Source of the DNA: a virus
Taxonomy: Duplodnaviria; Caudoviricetes
Virus record (IMG/VR): IMGVR_UViG_3300020577_013187
Location: 1 to 64,000 of that record
Length of the DNA stretch: 64,000 bases
Strand: one strand, 5' to 3'
Each line of letters starts with the position of its first letter. The first letter of the stretch is position 1. The translations under genes were made by a program, and so were the position numbers. Shown piece by piece: positions 28,315-38,194 of this stretch. Below the pieces are notes generated by a model. The model worked only from the letters and a program-made list of their open reading frames with translations. It did no database searches and was not told where the DNA came from.

Positions 28315-29781
28315 TTAAGAGTTTCTTCCAATATTTTCCATAATGACATTCTTTGTAGGAGTATAGACAATAGGAGTTCCATACAACATTTGCATCCAAC
28401 GATAAGCAGCTCCAGTAATGGCTAAATCCATTTTGAACAAAGGAGAAAGTTGTTTCCAATTTAAGTTATCAGACTCAACTTGCAAAAGATATCCAGTAGC
28501 TAATCCAGGCCCTTTACGACCAGCATCTCTAAAGTTAGCACCACCACCACCGACAGTAGCATTCGTATCTTTCACATACCCAATAAACAAATGACCACTA
28601 CCAGTAACACTTGAACGATAAACTGCATAATAAAGAGCACCAGCAACACCAGTAATTGTAATATTGGTACGTTGACCAGCAGCAATAGCTTGTGAAGATT
28701 CAGCAGTAGCCAATGATTCACCATCATTATTTAAAGCTGAAACTCTGTAATAATAAGTACCAGCAGCTAAAGCAGAAGTCGTATCAGCTTCAGCGGCAAT
28801 AGCACCAATCGCAGGAGTGGCAGGAGCACCAGCTAAAGCAGCAGTCAAAGGACTTTGTTTGGGGTTTAAAAACTTATCACCGACTAAACCAATTTCACCA
28901 GCTGAGCTTACAAAACTCGTTAGAACGAATCCAGCCTTACCATTGGGAATACCCATAGGATTGACACGTTCTTTATTGTAAAAAATAACACTCAAATCTT
29001 TGTGAACTCGGTGAGGAATAAAAAAATGAGTAGGATTTCCAAAATTTTCCAAAGAACGTAAACACATCTCTTCAATGTCGTCCTCAATAGGAACAGCACC
29101 ATTAAGGTTATAAACTACTGAAGTTGTTCCGCCGTACCCTTCCCAACCAGTATACTGAGCTTTAGTATCAACATTACCAGCACGAATCTGTTGCTCTAAA
29201 CCATTAAATTTTAGTGAAACAGCATGAACATCAGCAGGATCACCAGTGAAGTTACCACTAGCACCATTTTGAAAAAAACCGTTTGCTTCAAACAATTGAC
29301 GTTCTAAATGCTGAAGAATCCAAAGAGTACCACGTTTAATCTGATCAGCTATTACTGGACCATGAGCAGAACGAACTAAGGTCATTGGATGAGAAACAAC
29401 CCGAGTCGTACCGATATATCTTACTAATTGACCAGCTCGGTTATACTGAGCAGTCTCTTCAAGAGGAGCAGCACCAGCATCAGCATTAAAAAAACCACCA
29501 TTCTGACTTTCACCATGACTTGTAACTCGATTATACTCTTCATAAGTATTGTAAGCCTTATCTTTAGGAATCATAGGCCACAATTTTAAACTTTTTTCTG
29601 AAAAGGTAACTGATTTTAAACTTGCATCTAGAGATTCAACCTGAAGAGCAGTACCATTGGTTAACGTACTGGGTTGTTGATTATAGTTTCCAGCTTGTAA
29701 AGATTTTAACAATCCATCAAGCTCCTGAGGGCTGACAGAGCCGAACCCTGAAAAGTTATTAACTTTATTAAGATCAAACAT
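28315..29781 (-). CDS. Major capsid protein (HK97 fold) with inserted FN3/Ig-like domain
   Basis: KSLQAG...ALQVESLD N-terminus, LERQLFEANG, LxPLFKMDLA...LYGTP C-terminus; insert GTYYYRVSALNNDGES. Confidence 0.9.
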   Translation of the reverse strand: MFDLNKVNNFSGFGSVSPQELDGLLKSLQAGNYNQQPSTLTNGTALQVESLDASLKSVTFSEKSLKLWPMIPKDKAYNTYEEYNRVTSHGESQNGGFFNADAGAAPLEETAQYNRAGQLVRYIGTTRVVSHPMTLVRSAHGPVIADQIKRGTLWILQHLERQLFEANGFFQNGASGNFTGDPADVHAVSLKFNGLEQQIRAGNVDTKAQYTGWEGYGGTTSVVYNLNGAVPIEDDIEEMCLRSLENFGNPTHFFIPHRVHKDLSVIFYNKERVNPMGIPNGKAGFVLTSFVSSAGEIGLVGDKFLNPKQSPLTAALAGAPATPAIGAIAAEADTTSALAAGTYYYRVSALNNDGESLATAESSQAIAAGQRTNITITGVAGALYYAVYRSSVTGSGHLFIGYVKDTNATVGGGGANFRDAGRKGPGLATGYLLQVESDNLNWKQLSPLFKMDLAITGAAYRWMQMLYGTPIVYTPTKNVIMENIGRNS

Positions 29782-29819
29782 TTTTATTCTCCCTTTCTCT
29801 CAAAACATTAAAAAATAAA

Positions 29820-30650
29820 TTATTTACCACCAAAACGCTTATTTAATTCACCATTAACAATATCTCTTACACTAGGATTGCTGATTTTATTGGTTGCTTC
29901 ATATTCCATAACAATTAGGCCATCAATAGTATTAGATTTTTGAAGATCTAAAAGAACATCGAGCACTTGAGATTTTCTTAAACCTTCAACTTTACCACCT
30001 GAAGTTGTACTATTTTCAGATTTCTCAATAACTTCAGTTTGATTTAAAAGTGCCTTAGGATCTCTAGCAGGGCTTTTTCGAAGAGTCCCAATATCACCTT
30101 TAAGTTGAACAATTTCAGCACTAAGTCCTTTAACTACATCAACAAGACTAGAGACTGACTTATAGAGAGGGTTAGCCTGAGCTTTTTTAAGCTCTTCTTT
30201 TTCTTGAGCTTCTTTTTTAGCTTTAACAAGAATCTCATAATCTTCCTGAGAAACTTCAAATGACTTTTTCATATCATCTTTACCATTCTTTTTATCATCT
30301 TCTTTATCATCATCATCATCATCTTCTTTATCTTTTTTATCTTTAGCTTTTTTGGCCTTAGATTTATCATCTTCATCTTCGTCACCATCTTCAGATTTAC
30401 AATCTTTCTTCTTCTTCATACTTTCCATGTCTTGATCTTTCTTATCTTTATTTTTAATAACATCACCACCACCATTAGACTCTAAGCTAATATCAGCTCC
30501 AGCACTGGCAGCAGTGCCAATTTCATCAAAAGATTTCTTCATATCATCTTGACTTTCATTTGATTTTTGCATACTATTTTTAACCTCTTTAAAAGCATTA
30601 GTAATTAGATTATCGACTTCTTCATAAAGTTTTAAATTTTCAGTTGACAT
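29820..30650 (-). CDS. Capsid scaffolding protein (putative)
   Basis: Immediately upstream of MCP; D/K-rich low complexity, coiled coil, repeated KS motifs. Confidence 0.7.
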   Translation of the reverse strand: MSTENLKLYEEVDNLITNAFKEVKNSMQKSNESQDDMKKSFDEIGTAASAGADISLESNGGGDVIKNKDKKDQDMESMKKKKDCKSEDGDEDEDDKSKAKKAKDKKDKEDDDDDDKEDDKKNGKDDMKKSFEVSQEDYEILVKAKKEAQEKEELKKAQANPLYKSVSSLVDVVKGLSAEIVQLKGDIGTLRKSPARDPKALLNQTEVIEKSENSTTSGGKVEGLRKSQVLDVLLDLQKSNTIDGLIVMEYEATNKISNPSVRDIVNGELNKRFGGK

Positions 30651-30666
30651 TTTATGCTCCTTTATC

Positions 30667-31173
30667 TTACAGTAAACTTATGGGTAGATTTAAATATGAA
30701 AGTCTAACATAGAGGTCGCTATCACCAGCTGCACCATAAATTTCACCAGTAAGAATATGAGCAACAATGGGTGCATTTTCAACAGGAACAATAGCTGTAG
30801 AAAAATTTGAAGTTGCAAATCTAACTTGACCTGAAGTTTGATCTAAAAAACCAGTAGTTTCAACAGTGATAAGAGCAGAACCACCAGCATTAGTATATTT
30901 AAAGGTTAGATCATCATTTGCACCAACAGCATCATATGCAGCACTTCCATATTTCATTTGTACATAAGCTGATAATGGAATATTAGTATATCCAATACCA
31001 GGAGCAGGAAGAACAATAAAAGGTGTAGCATTTAAAGTTCTAACATTCGCAAAAGGAATTTGTATCGTAGTACTTAAAGGTGCAATTCCATCAAAAAGAT
31101 TAGCCAACTCAGTTCCAATTTTTCGATCACCAAGTGCATCTTTGAAAACATTTTTTTGTCTGTTTGATAACAT
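30667..31173 (-). CDS. Virion structural protein (putative)
   Basis: Gly/Ala/Thr-rich beta protein in head module. Confidence 0.55.
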   Translation of the reverse strand: MLSNRQKNVFKDALGDRKIGTELANLFDGIAPLSTTIQIPFANVRTLNATPFIVLPAPGIGYTNIPLSAYVQMKYGSAAYDAVGANDDLTFKYTNAGGSALITVETTGFLDQTSGQVRFATSNFSTAIVPVENAPIVAHILTGEIYGAAGDSDLYVRLSYLNLPISLL

Positions 31174-31244
31174 TTTAGTAACTCCTTGTAAGAATTATAA
31201 CATTATTTTAAATCTTTTTTTATAAATATTTTGATAACATTTTA

Positions 31245-31559
31245 TTATTTTTGCATCATAGAAATGGCCACTTTAGCAAAAGTACTGATAAACGTGCCAC
31301 CCGATAAAACCAATAAAGCCCAAAAAATCTTTTTTAACCAAGTAATATCATTAACACATTGATGCAAAAGAAGCTTACTTTCATTTAAATCTTCTGTATG
31401 AGTTTTCTGTACATCTCTAACATCAGATATTTCCTTATTGACAGAAACCAATTGACCAGTGATCGAAATTAATTGGCCATTATTAGCATCTGATTGATTT
31501 TTAAGATTTTTTAAGAAATCTTCATCAAAATAAAGTGATTCTTTTTTTGGTGATTGCAT
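31245..31559 (-). CDS. Coiled-coil protein with C-terminal TM helix (holin/XhlA-like)
   Basis: Heptad N-terminus followed by WLKKIFWALLVLSGGTFISTF. Confidence 0.55.
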   Translation of the reverse strand: MQSPKKESLYFDEDFLKNLKNQSDANNGQLISITGQLVSVNKEISDVRDVQKTHTEDLNESKLLLHQCVNDITWLKKIFWALLVLSGGTFISTFAKVAISMMQK

Positions 31560-31568
31560 AATGTCCTG

Positions 31569-33047
31569 TTAGAATGCTTTATATCTTAAAGTTCCTCTAA
31601 TGCTTCTACCAGTTTGATTTTGATTAGCAGCATTCATAGCAGTTTCATTATTAGGAACTGCACTCATATAATAGAAATTGACATTTCTACTATTAGAGGC
31701 TATCAATGGAGTAACAACAGTACTAATATCGCCTGTATTAGCAGCTTCACCTGAACCATAAAAACCAGTAGCAGTAGCGGCTGTTTTTGAATAAGGTGTT
31801 ACTAAAGCAAGTCCAACAGCACCAGCACCAGCAGTGCCACCAGCAACATTAACAAAATTCCAGTTAAGAGTTACAAAACCAGCTAAATCAACCATATATT
31901 CAAAAACATTAATAGAAGTATATGTAGGAGCAGTACCACCAGAAGCTACAAAAAATGAACCAGCAGTTGCACCATTTTGACCAGTAGCCATATTATACGT
32001 ACGACTACCAAAAATATCATGACATGCTTGATTTCCTATGCCACCTAAAAAAGCAAAGGTCCAGTCATCAGCTGCAGTTTTATTTAATCTAATAGCTCCA
32101 ATGGTAAAACATGAGCTATTGGCAAATGTTGCTATTTGATTTGTAGTTGTCCAAAGAATAACATTACTTTGACTTTGAGAACTTGGAGGAACATCTTTAT
32201 AGCCAATATTAGTACTAGCTCCAGTTGTAGTCGCAGCAGGATCTCGTGATAGACCTAAAATAGGGGTAGAGCCATTATAAATTAACTTAATAGCAAAAGG
32301 TAAATCATTCCAAGCAACTCCAGTACCTGTAGCAACACCAAAACTAGTACCGCCACCACCATTAAACCAACTATCAGCACTGGTCGAATCTTGAATAACA
32401 CAATTCGTAGCAGCAGTAAAAGTAGCACTTAAATATCCACCACCTGAAGGATTTGGCCATCTAAACCAAACAGGATTGGTAGATGATGGAGTATTTCCAT
32501 TATGATCTTTTAAAGAAAGAACACCTGAAGATAGGGTGAGGGTACCATTAGTAGAAAAATTTGCAGCTTGAGTAGGAGAATATAATCCAGTTACACTGAC
32601 ACCATTTTGATCATTTAGAATAACACCACTAGAATCTGGAAAAGTATAATTTCTATTTCCAGTTAATCCAGGAGTGGTAAAACTAGCAGAATTTCCACCT
32701 GTACTATTAAGAAGAAGCGTACCAAAAACACTAGCTCCATTGGTATCAACTTGAAATTTATTACTGCTTGCAATAAAATTTCTTATATAGGTAGAGCCAT
32801 CACTTATAAGATAAGTAGTACCACCAGTATCAAAATTTAACTTATTTGTTCCAACAACTAAAGGAGTGCTATTTAATACAAGACCGCCAGTTTGATCTAA
32901 AGTAATAACATCATTGCCACCCACTTGAAAAATCATTTTACCAGTAGATTCTCTTAAGCTAGTGGTCTGTCCATCATTCAAACTAATTTTTTTAGTAGTA
33001 GGAACTCTAACCGTTCCTTGTAATCTTGCATCACCATTAATATCCAT
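31569..33047 (-). CDS. Fibre-like virion protein
   Basis: Gly/Ser/Thr-rich; LTGNRNYTFPDSSG repeat related to the 1329-aa fibre. Confidence 0.7.
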   Translation of the reverse strand: MDINGDARLQGTVRVPTTKKISLNDGQTTSLRESTGKMIFQVGGNDVITLDQTGGLVLNSTPLVVGTNKLNFDTGGTTYLISDGSTYIRNFIASSNKFQVDTNGASVFGTLLLNSTGGNSASFTTPGLTGNRNYTFPDSSGVILNDQNGVSVTGLYSPTQAANFSTNGTLTLSSGVLSLKDHNGNTPSSTNPVWFRWPNPSGGGYLSATFTAATNCVIQDSTSADSWFNGGGGTSFGVATGTGVAWNDLPFAIKLIYNGSTPILGLSRDPAATTTGASTNIGYKDVPPSSQSQSNVILWTTTNQIATFANSSCFTIGAIRLNKTAADDWTFAFLGGIGNQACHDIFGSRTYNMATGQNGATAGSFFVASGGTAPTYTSINVFEYMVDLAGFVTLNWNFVNVAGGTAGAGAVGLALVTPYSKTAATATGFYGSGEAANTGDISTVVTPLIASNSRNVNFYYMSAVPNNETAMNAANQNQTGRSIRGTLRYKAF

Positions 33048-33159
33048 AATTTTTTCCTTTACATTTTATAATGAATATTTTATCATACTTTTTAATGTCT
33101 TTTTTATAAAAAACCTCTTTTATACTTTTTATTTCTTAGCATAGAATGATTATATTAAA

Positions 33160-33390
33160 TTATTTTCCTAATTCGATATTTTGGTTTCTAATCTTTATCC
33201 AATCAAGCACCTCTTGAATTTTTTTCAAAATCATTGCATTTTCTTTTTTTTCATTACTTAAATTTTCTTTAGCAATCTGTTGAGAACACCAAATAAACAC
33301 TTCATCAATACAACAACCATTAATGCCGTTTTTTTCAGGATCCCCTTCTTGTAATTTGATATTTATAAAATCTTCCATTTTATCCCCCAT
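33160..33390 (-). CDS. Tad1-like anti-defence sponge protein (divergent; probable start at 33378)
   Basis: IKLQEGDPEKNGINGCCIDEV...KENAMILKKIQEVLDWIKIR follows the Tad1 pattern IxFQxG...G...DLL...RENA.A...EEAL.W..R as recalled. Confidence 0.65.
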   Translation of the reverse strand: MGDKMEDFINIKLQEGDPEKNGINGCCIDEVFIWCSQQIAKENLSNEKKENAMILKKIQEVLDWIKIRNQNIELGK

Positions 33391-36300
33391 TAAAAATATG
33401 TGATCACCAAAACCATACCATCTCCACCCTTACCACCTGCCCCACTTATGATTTTAGTATTATTAGCAGATCCACCACCTCCACCACCACCGCCATATAA
33501 CCCACCAGCTCCACCATTCCCACCTGCAGAAGTTGTGTGGCCATAGGCACCACCTCCACCGCCACCACCGTTTGTATAAGTTGTTGCACCTGCAGTATAA
33601 CCAGCACCACCAGCAACACCGGGACCGGAACCTCCAGTAGCCCCAGAGTTATCTCCATAATAGCTTAATGTCCCACCTGCACCGCCTAGATAGCTAACAC
33701 TTGATCCATCAGTACTACCACCCCCTCCACCCCCTGAACCACCTAAAACAGCTGTGCCCCCTGGTTGACCAGCAAATGGTCCTGATAATCCACCATCTCC
33801 ACCATTATATTGTCCAGCCCCTCCAGTAGGCGTTGCTGGACTTCCCATGTTACCCCCTGCTCCTGCAGGGCCACCATTTGCTTTTAGATAGCTACCAAAA
33901 CTGGAAACCCCTCCTGACACACCTGGGTTTCCATCTGTAAATGTTGTAGTCTGACCAGCTCCCCCTGCTCCCCCAACTCCTACCGTAACAGTCACTGTTG
34001 AAGTTAGCCCAGCTGCATTAAAAACTTCTTCTGAGCTAGCACCGCCAGCGCCCCCACTACCTCCTGAATAAGTTGGCGTACCTCCTAAACGACCGCTACC
34101 ACCTCCACCACCACCGCCTATAGCTCTTACTCTAACTAATTTTGCACCAGCTGGTTTTGTCCAGGTACCGCTTGAAGTAAAGGCTTGCACATCTACCGAT
34201 ATTCCTAAAGTTCCAGAAACATCAGGTAGTGTATAGGTTCTGGTAGTAGCTGTAGAGATACCAGATAACTGAAATTTTGCCTGCTTTGTATTATCACCAT
34301 CATCCTGAAGAGTAAGATTAGTATCTTGAATAGTGATGATGTTTGTATTATTGAGTGTTTTATTAGTTAAAGTCTGGGTATTCGTATCTAAAACAACAAC
34401 ACCAGAAGCATTAGGGATGGTTAAAGTTCTGGTAGTAGCTGTAGAGATACCAGATAACTGAAACTGTAATTGTTTAGTAGCATCGCCGTCGTCTTGAAGT
34501 GTAAAAAGATTATCAGCTGTTGTAATAGTGGCTTTATACGTTCCAACAGTAACAGTACCCAATCGAGTAATATTGTCTTGAATGGTATTGGGTAGGGTGG
34601 TTAAAACTTCAACATTTCCTGTACCAGCTGTATTTCTACCTAAAACTGAAGCAGTAGCAATAGTTTGAAATTTGGCCAATGTAACCACATTATTAGCAAT
34701 AGTAGTTGACAATGAGCTACCAGCTGTGGTTACATCACCAGTCAAAGCAGGAAATTGACCAGCTTGAAGAGTACCAGTAACACCATTAGTTAAATTAACT
34801 TGGGCCCAAACAGGATTGTTATTTGTTCCTGTATTAGATAAATATCTTGTAGCATTAGTATCTTTTGTTAAGGCTGATATGGTATTGGTAGCAGAACCAT
34901 AGAGTAAATCACCTTGGGCAATAGAAGTTAGACCAGTTCCCCCTTTAGTAACTGCTATTGTTGTAGCATTCCAAGTTCCTGTTCCAATAGTTCCTAAAGT
35001 AGTGATATTGGCAGAGCCTGCCCAAGTACTTAAAGCAGTATTTTCAACATTATCTAAAGATAATAGAGTTTTTACAGCACTAGGAGTTAAAACTTCTACT
35101 GAACCAGTTCCAGCTGTAGTTCTTCCTAGTATACTATTAGTTGTAATATTTTGAATTTTAGCAAAAGTGACTGCTTGATTAGCTATAGTAGCAGCAAAAG
35201 ATCCAGTTCCTGAACCAGTAACATCACCAGTCAAAGTAATAGTTTGATCACCAGTATTTGTTCCTGAACTAGTTCCTGAAAATGTACCATTTTGAGTTGC
35301 TAAAGTACCTAAACCTAAAGTTGTTCTAGCTGTAGTATTATCAGGATCATCAATTAAAGATCTACCAAAACTAGTCAAGGTTGTAGTAGAAGCAGTTCCT
35401 GCACCTGTGTAATAAGGTAAAGCATCAGCAGCTGAAGTAGTAGTAGCTAAAGCTGATAACTCAGTATCTAAAGGCTGATATCCTGATAAATCAGAAGTTA
35501 AAGCTATCGTACCATTTGCATTAGGTAAAGTATAAGTTCTAGTGGTAGCTGTACTAATTCCAGAAGCCTGGAACTTAGCCTGTTTAGTGTTATCTCCATC
35601 ATCTTGAATGGTGAAATTAGTATCGAGTAAGGTAACATTATTAGTATTTCCTATTGTCTTATTCGTTAAAGTTTGAGCACCTGTTAAGGTTGTAACAATA
35701 CTCGTGTCAATTGATAGAGTATTACCAGTTTTTAATATACCCGTACCAGCAACAATTGACCCAGCTCCTGAAAATTGAGTAAAAGTAAGATTAGTTGAAC
35801 CTAAATTAATAGGATCAGGAGTAATAAGAACATAGCCATTATTTAAATTAGTACTACCCTCTTCGATAAAAGTATATAAACCAGAAGTTACTTTAAAAGA
35901 AGCATCTGCATCTGTAGCTCTAGTCCAAGAACCAGTTGAAACAACATAAATACCATTTTGGCTCGCAGTGCTTTGATCTTTGACTAAGACTCTATTTCCT
36001 GTAACTGTAGCTACACCATCAATGGTTTGTTCGCCTGATAGAGTAATATTAGCAGTAGTAGCAGCTCTACATGAATTTTTAAAATCTAATCCTAAAGCAA
36101 AAGCATCAACATAAGCTTTATTAGCTGCATCACTGGAACCAGTAGGATTTGACAATCCTGTTATTGTTCCACCTGTGATATTGACATTGTTTGCATTTTG
36201 TGTTGCAATAGTTCCTAAGCCAAGGTTTGTTCTAGCACCTGAAGCAGTAGTAGAACCTGTTCCACCTTTATTCAAAGCTAAAGCTGAACCACCTAAGTTA

Positions 36301-37379
36301 TTGATATCAATACCTGATTCAATAACATCGGCAATGATAGTATTGGCAACATCATTATAGGTAAAATTGATAGTAGCAGTATCAGTTAAAATACTGCCTA
36401 CGGCATCTTGAGCTTCTTCATCAGTATAAGTAGAAGTATTAACCCAAGAAGGATTAGTTCCATCAGTTCCTAAAACTCTTCCATTATTTCCTGTTTGACT
36501 AGGTAAAAGATTATTTAAGGCAGCACTAGCTGTAGTAGCATTAGTACCACCTTTATTTACAGGTAGAGTACCAGTGACATTTGTACCAGATAAAGTTATA
36601 GGATTGGCTGTAATTTGTTGACCAGCTAGAGAAAGATAATTCTCACCTACTAAAGTAACAGGATTATGAAGATCAGAAGTTAAGGCTATAGTTCCTGAAG
36701 AATCTTGAAAGGTAAAAGTTCTACTAGTTCCAGTAGAGATACCTGAAACTTGAAAGAAAATTTGCTTAGTGGGGTCACCATTATCTTGAATAGTAAAACT
36801 ATTGTCTAAAATAGCAATAGAGCCACCAGTAATGGCGACATTGCTCCCATTTTGGACAGCCATAGTTCCTAAACCAAGAGTAGTCCTTTGGGCTGCATTA
36901 TCAACATCATCTAAAATAGCTCGACCTGCAGCAGTACAAACTATTTCTTCAACAGGACCAGCACCAGCTGTCACTCGACCTAAAATTCTATCAGTAGCTG
37001 AGACATTCTGAATTTTAGAATAAGTTATTGAACTATTTTTTACATCAGCAGTTATGGCAGGAGTGGCATCATCATAGGTGAAATCTATAGTTGCTGTATC
37101 TACTAAAATACTTCCTACAGCATCTTGGGCCTCTTCATCAGTATATCCACCACCTGACCCAGTCACCCAACTAACATTAGTACCATCTGTACTAAGATAT
37201 TTTCCACTATTGCCCATTTGACTAGGCAATAAGTTATTTCTAGCACTTTGAGCCGTTGTTGCACTAGTCCCTCCTTTATCTGTTGTTAAAGGAGTACCGG
37301 CTAATGAATTAATATCAATCGTAGTAGGATCTACTGATCCCCCCCCACTACCATGACCAGAAGTCTTTCCATCACTCAT
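33390..37379 (-). CDS. Long fibre protein with internal repeats and glycine-rich C-terminal domain
   Basis: Four QDDGDxTKQxxFQxSGISTATTRT repeats, two YTDEEAQDAVG repeats, KGGTG repeats, VRAIGGGGGGGSG C-terminal domain. Confidence 0.85.
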   Translation of the reverse strand: MSDGKTSGHGSGGGSVDPTTIDINSLAGTPLTTDKGGTSATTAQSARNNLLPSQMGNSGKYLSTDGTNVSWVTGSGGGYTDEEAQDAVGSILVDTATIDFTYDDATPAITADVKNSSITYSKIQNVSATDRILGRVTAGAGPVEEIVCTAAGRAILDDVDNAAQRTTLGLGTMAVQNGSNVAITGGSIAILDNSFTIQDNGDPTKQIFFQVSGISTGTSRTFTFQDSSGTIALTSDLHNPVTLVGENYLSLAGQQITANPITLSGTNVTGTLPVNKGGTNATTASAALNNLLPSQTGNNGRVLGTDGTNPSWVNTSTYTDEEAQDAVGSILTDTATINFTYNDVANTIIADVIESGIDINNLGGSALALNKGGTGSTTASGARTNLGLGTIATQNANNVNITGGTITGLSNPTGSSDAANKAYVDAFALGLDFKNSCRAATTANITLSGEQTIDGVATVTGNRVLVKDQSTASQNGIYVVSTGSWTRATDADASFKVTSGLYTFIEEGSTNLNNGYVLITPDPINLGSTNLTFTQFSGAGSIVAGTGILKTGNTLSIDTSIVTTLTGAQTLTNKTIGNTNNVTLLDTNFTIQDDGDNTKQAKFQASGISTATTRTYTLPNANGTIALTSDLSGYQPLDTELSALATTTSAADALPYYTGAGTASTTTLTSFGRSLIDDPDNTTARTTLGLGTLATQNGTFSGTSSGTNTGDQTITLTGDVTGSGTGSFAATIANQAVTFAKIQNITTNSILGRTTAGTGSVEVLTPSAVKTLLSLDNVENTALSTWAGSANITTLGTIGTGTWNATTIAVTKGGTGLTSIAQGDLLYGSATNTISALTKDTNATRYLSNTGTNNNPVWAQVNLTNGVTGTLQAGQFPALTGDVTTAGSSLSTTIANNVVTLAKFQTIATASVLGRNTAGTGNVEVLTTLPNTIQDNITRLGTVTVGTYKATITTADNLFTLQDDGDATKQLQFQLSGISTATTRTLTIPNASGVVVLDTNTQTLTNKTLNNTNIITIQDTNLTLQDDGDNTKQAKFQLSGISTATTRTYTLPDVSGTLGISVDVQAFTSSGTWTKPAGAKLVRVRAIGGGGGGGSGRLGGTPTYSGGSGGAGGASSEEVFNAAGLTSTVTVTVGVGGAGGAGQTTTFTDGNPGVSGGVSSFGSYLKANGGPAGAGGNMGSPATPTGGAGQYNGGDGGLSGPFAGQPGGTAVLGGSGGGGGGSTDGSSVSYLGGAGGTLSYYGDNSGATGGSGPGVAGGAGYTAGATTYTNGGGGGGGAYGHTTSAGGNGGAGGLYGGGGGGGGSANNTKIISGAGGKGGDGMVLVITYF
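34237..34463. repeat. Exact 38-bp direct repeat (34237-34274 and 34426-34463)
   Basis: gttctggtagtagctgtagagataccagataactgaaa occurs twice, 189 bp apart. Confidence 0.95.
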
Positions 37380-37447
37380 AGTTAATCCACAATAAAAAGG
37401 TGAGTATATTATTCTCTTATCTTTTTATTATAGATTACTAATTGAAT

Positions 37448-37510
37448 TTAAGATGGATTTAGAACTATATAAGTAGTCTTTCCATCTTTTGAAGTAATAG
37501 AATCAGCCAT
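37448..37510 (-). CDS. 20-aa peptide MADSITSKDGKTTYIVLNPS
   Basis: ATG overlaps upstream stop (TAATG), the coupling used elsewhere in this operon. Confidence 0.35.
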   Translation of the reverse strand: MADSITSKDGKTTYIVLNPS

Positions 37511-38184
37511 TATCTGCCTCTCGTTAAAAAGATTTTACAAGAGTTAGTGGCATTGGTAGTTAATTTTTTTATTCTTACTCTATAGGGAATAATACTAGTG
37601 TCAATAAACCAAACTCCTGAACTAGTATGAGTAGCAGCTGAAGTCAAAATAGCTGTTACATCTCTCCATAGAGTTGATGGGGGATCTAAGGTAAGTCTTC
37701 CACCACTAGGCATAGGAGTATCTATAATTTGATATTTTGTTGAAGTACTTGTAGCCCCCGCTAAACCACCTACAAAAGTCATAGTTCCAGTTGCCTGGCT
37801 ATAAGCAGTAATAATTCTAGTTTGACCAATATTTCCAGGAACAACGTCATCAACAATCTTTACATGAGCACCAATCAAATCACCATCAGTATTATATCCT
37901 AAAACTGTATTTAAACCAGCATCAATAATAGTTGTGGTTGATCCAGCTCCTGAAGCAGTTCTATCTAAAACTACATCACTATAAACTTGTTGATTAGTTG
38001 CCTCAATAGTCAAAGTAGTATTCGAAATTAAATGTTCAACTGAAAAATGTCGAAACCCATCCGCTCCTACATTAAAGTAAGTATAGCTAAAAGTAGCATC
38101 AGGAGCATTAGTTTGATCAGCAATCTTACCATCAAAAATCACTGAATCTCTAGCATGTTTTTGTCTAACAGGAATTCTAGCCAT
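37510..38184 (-). CDS. Virion structural protein (putative)
   Basis: Thr/Gly-rich; contains beta-module GQTRIITAY...TGTMT also seen in baseplate J. Confidence 0.65.
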   Translation of the reverse strand: MARIPVRQKHARDSVIFDGKIADQTNAPDATFSYTYFNVGADGFRHFSVEHLISNTTLTIEATNQQVYSDVVLDRTASGAGSTTTIIDAGLNTVLGYNTDGDLIGAHVKIVDDVVPGNIGQTRIITAYSQATGTMTFVGGLAGATSTSTKYQIIDTPMPSGGRLTLDPPSTLWRDVTAILTSAATHTSSGVWFIDTSIIPYRVRIKKLTTNATNSCKIFLTRGR

Positions 38185-38194
38185 TTAAAACCTC

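Noticed and set aside
30280-30345. (TCA)n / TCTTTATC low-complexity repeats
   Set aside because: Explained by the Asp/Lys-rich scaffold protein sequence.
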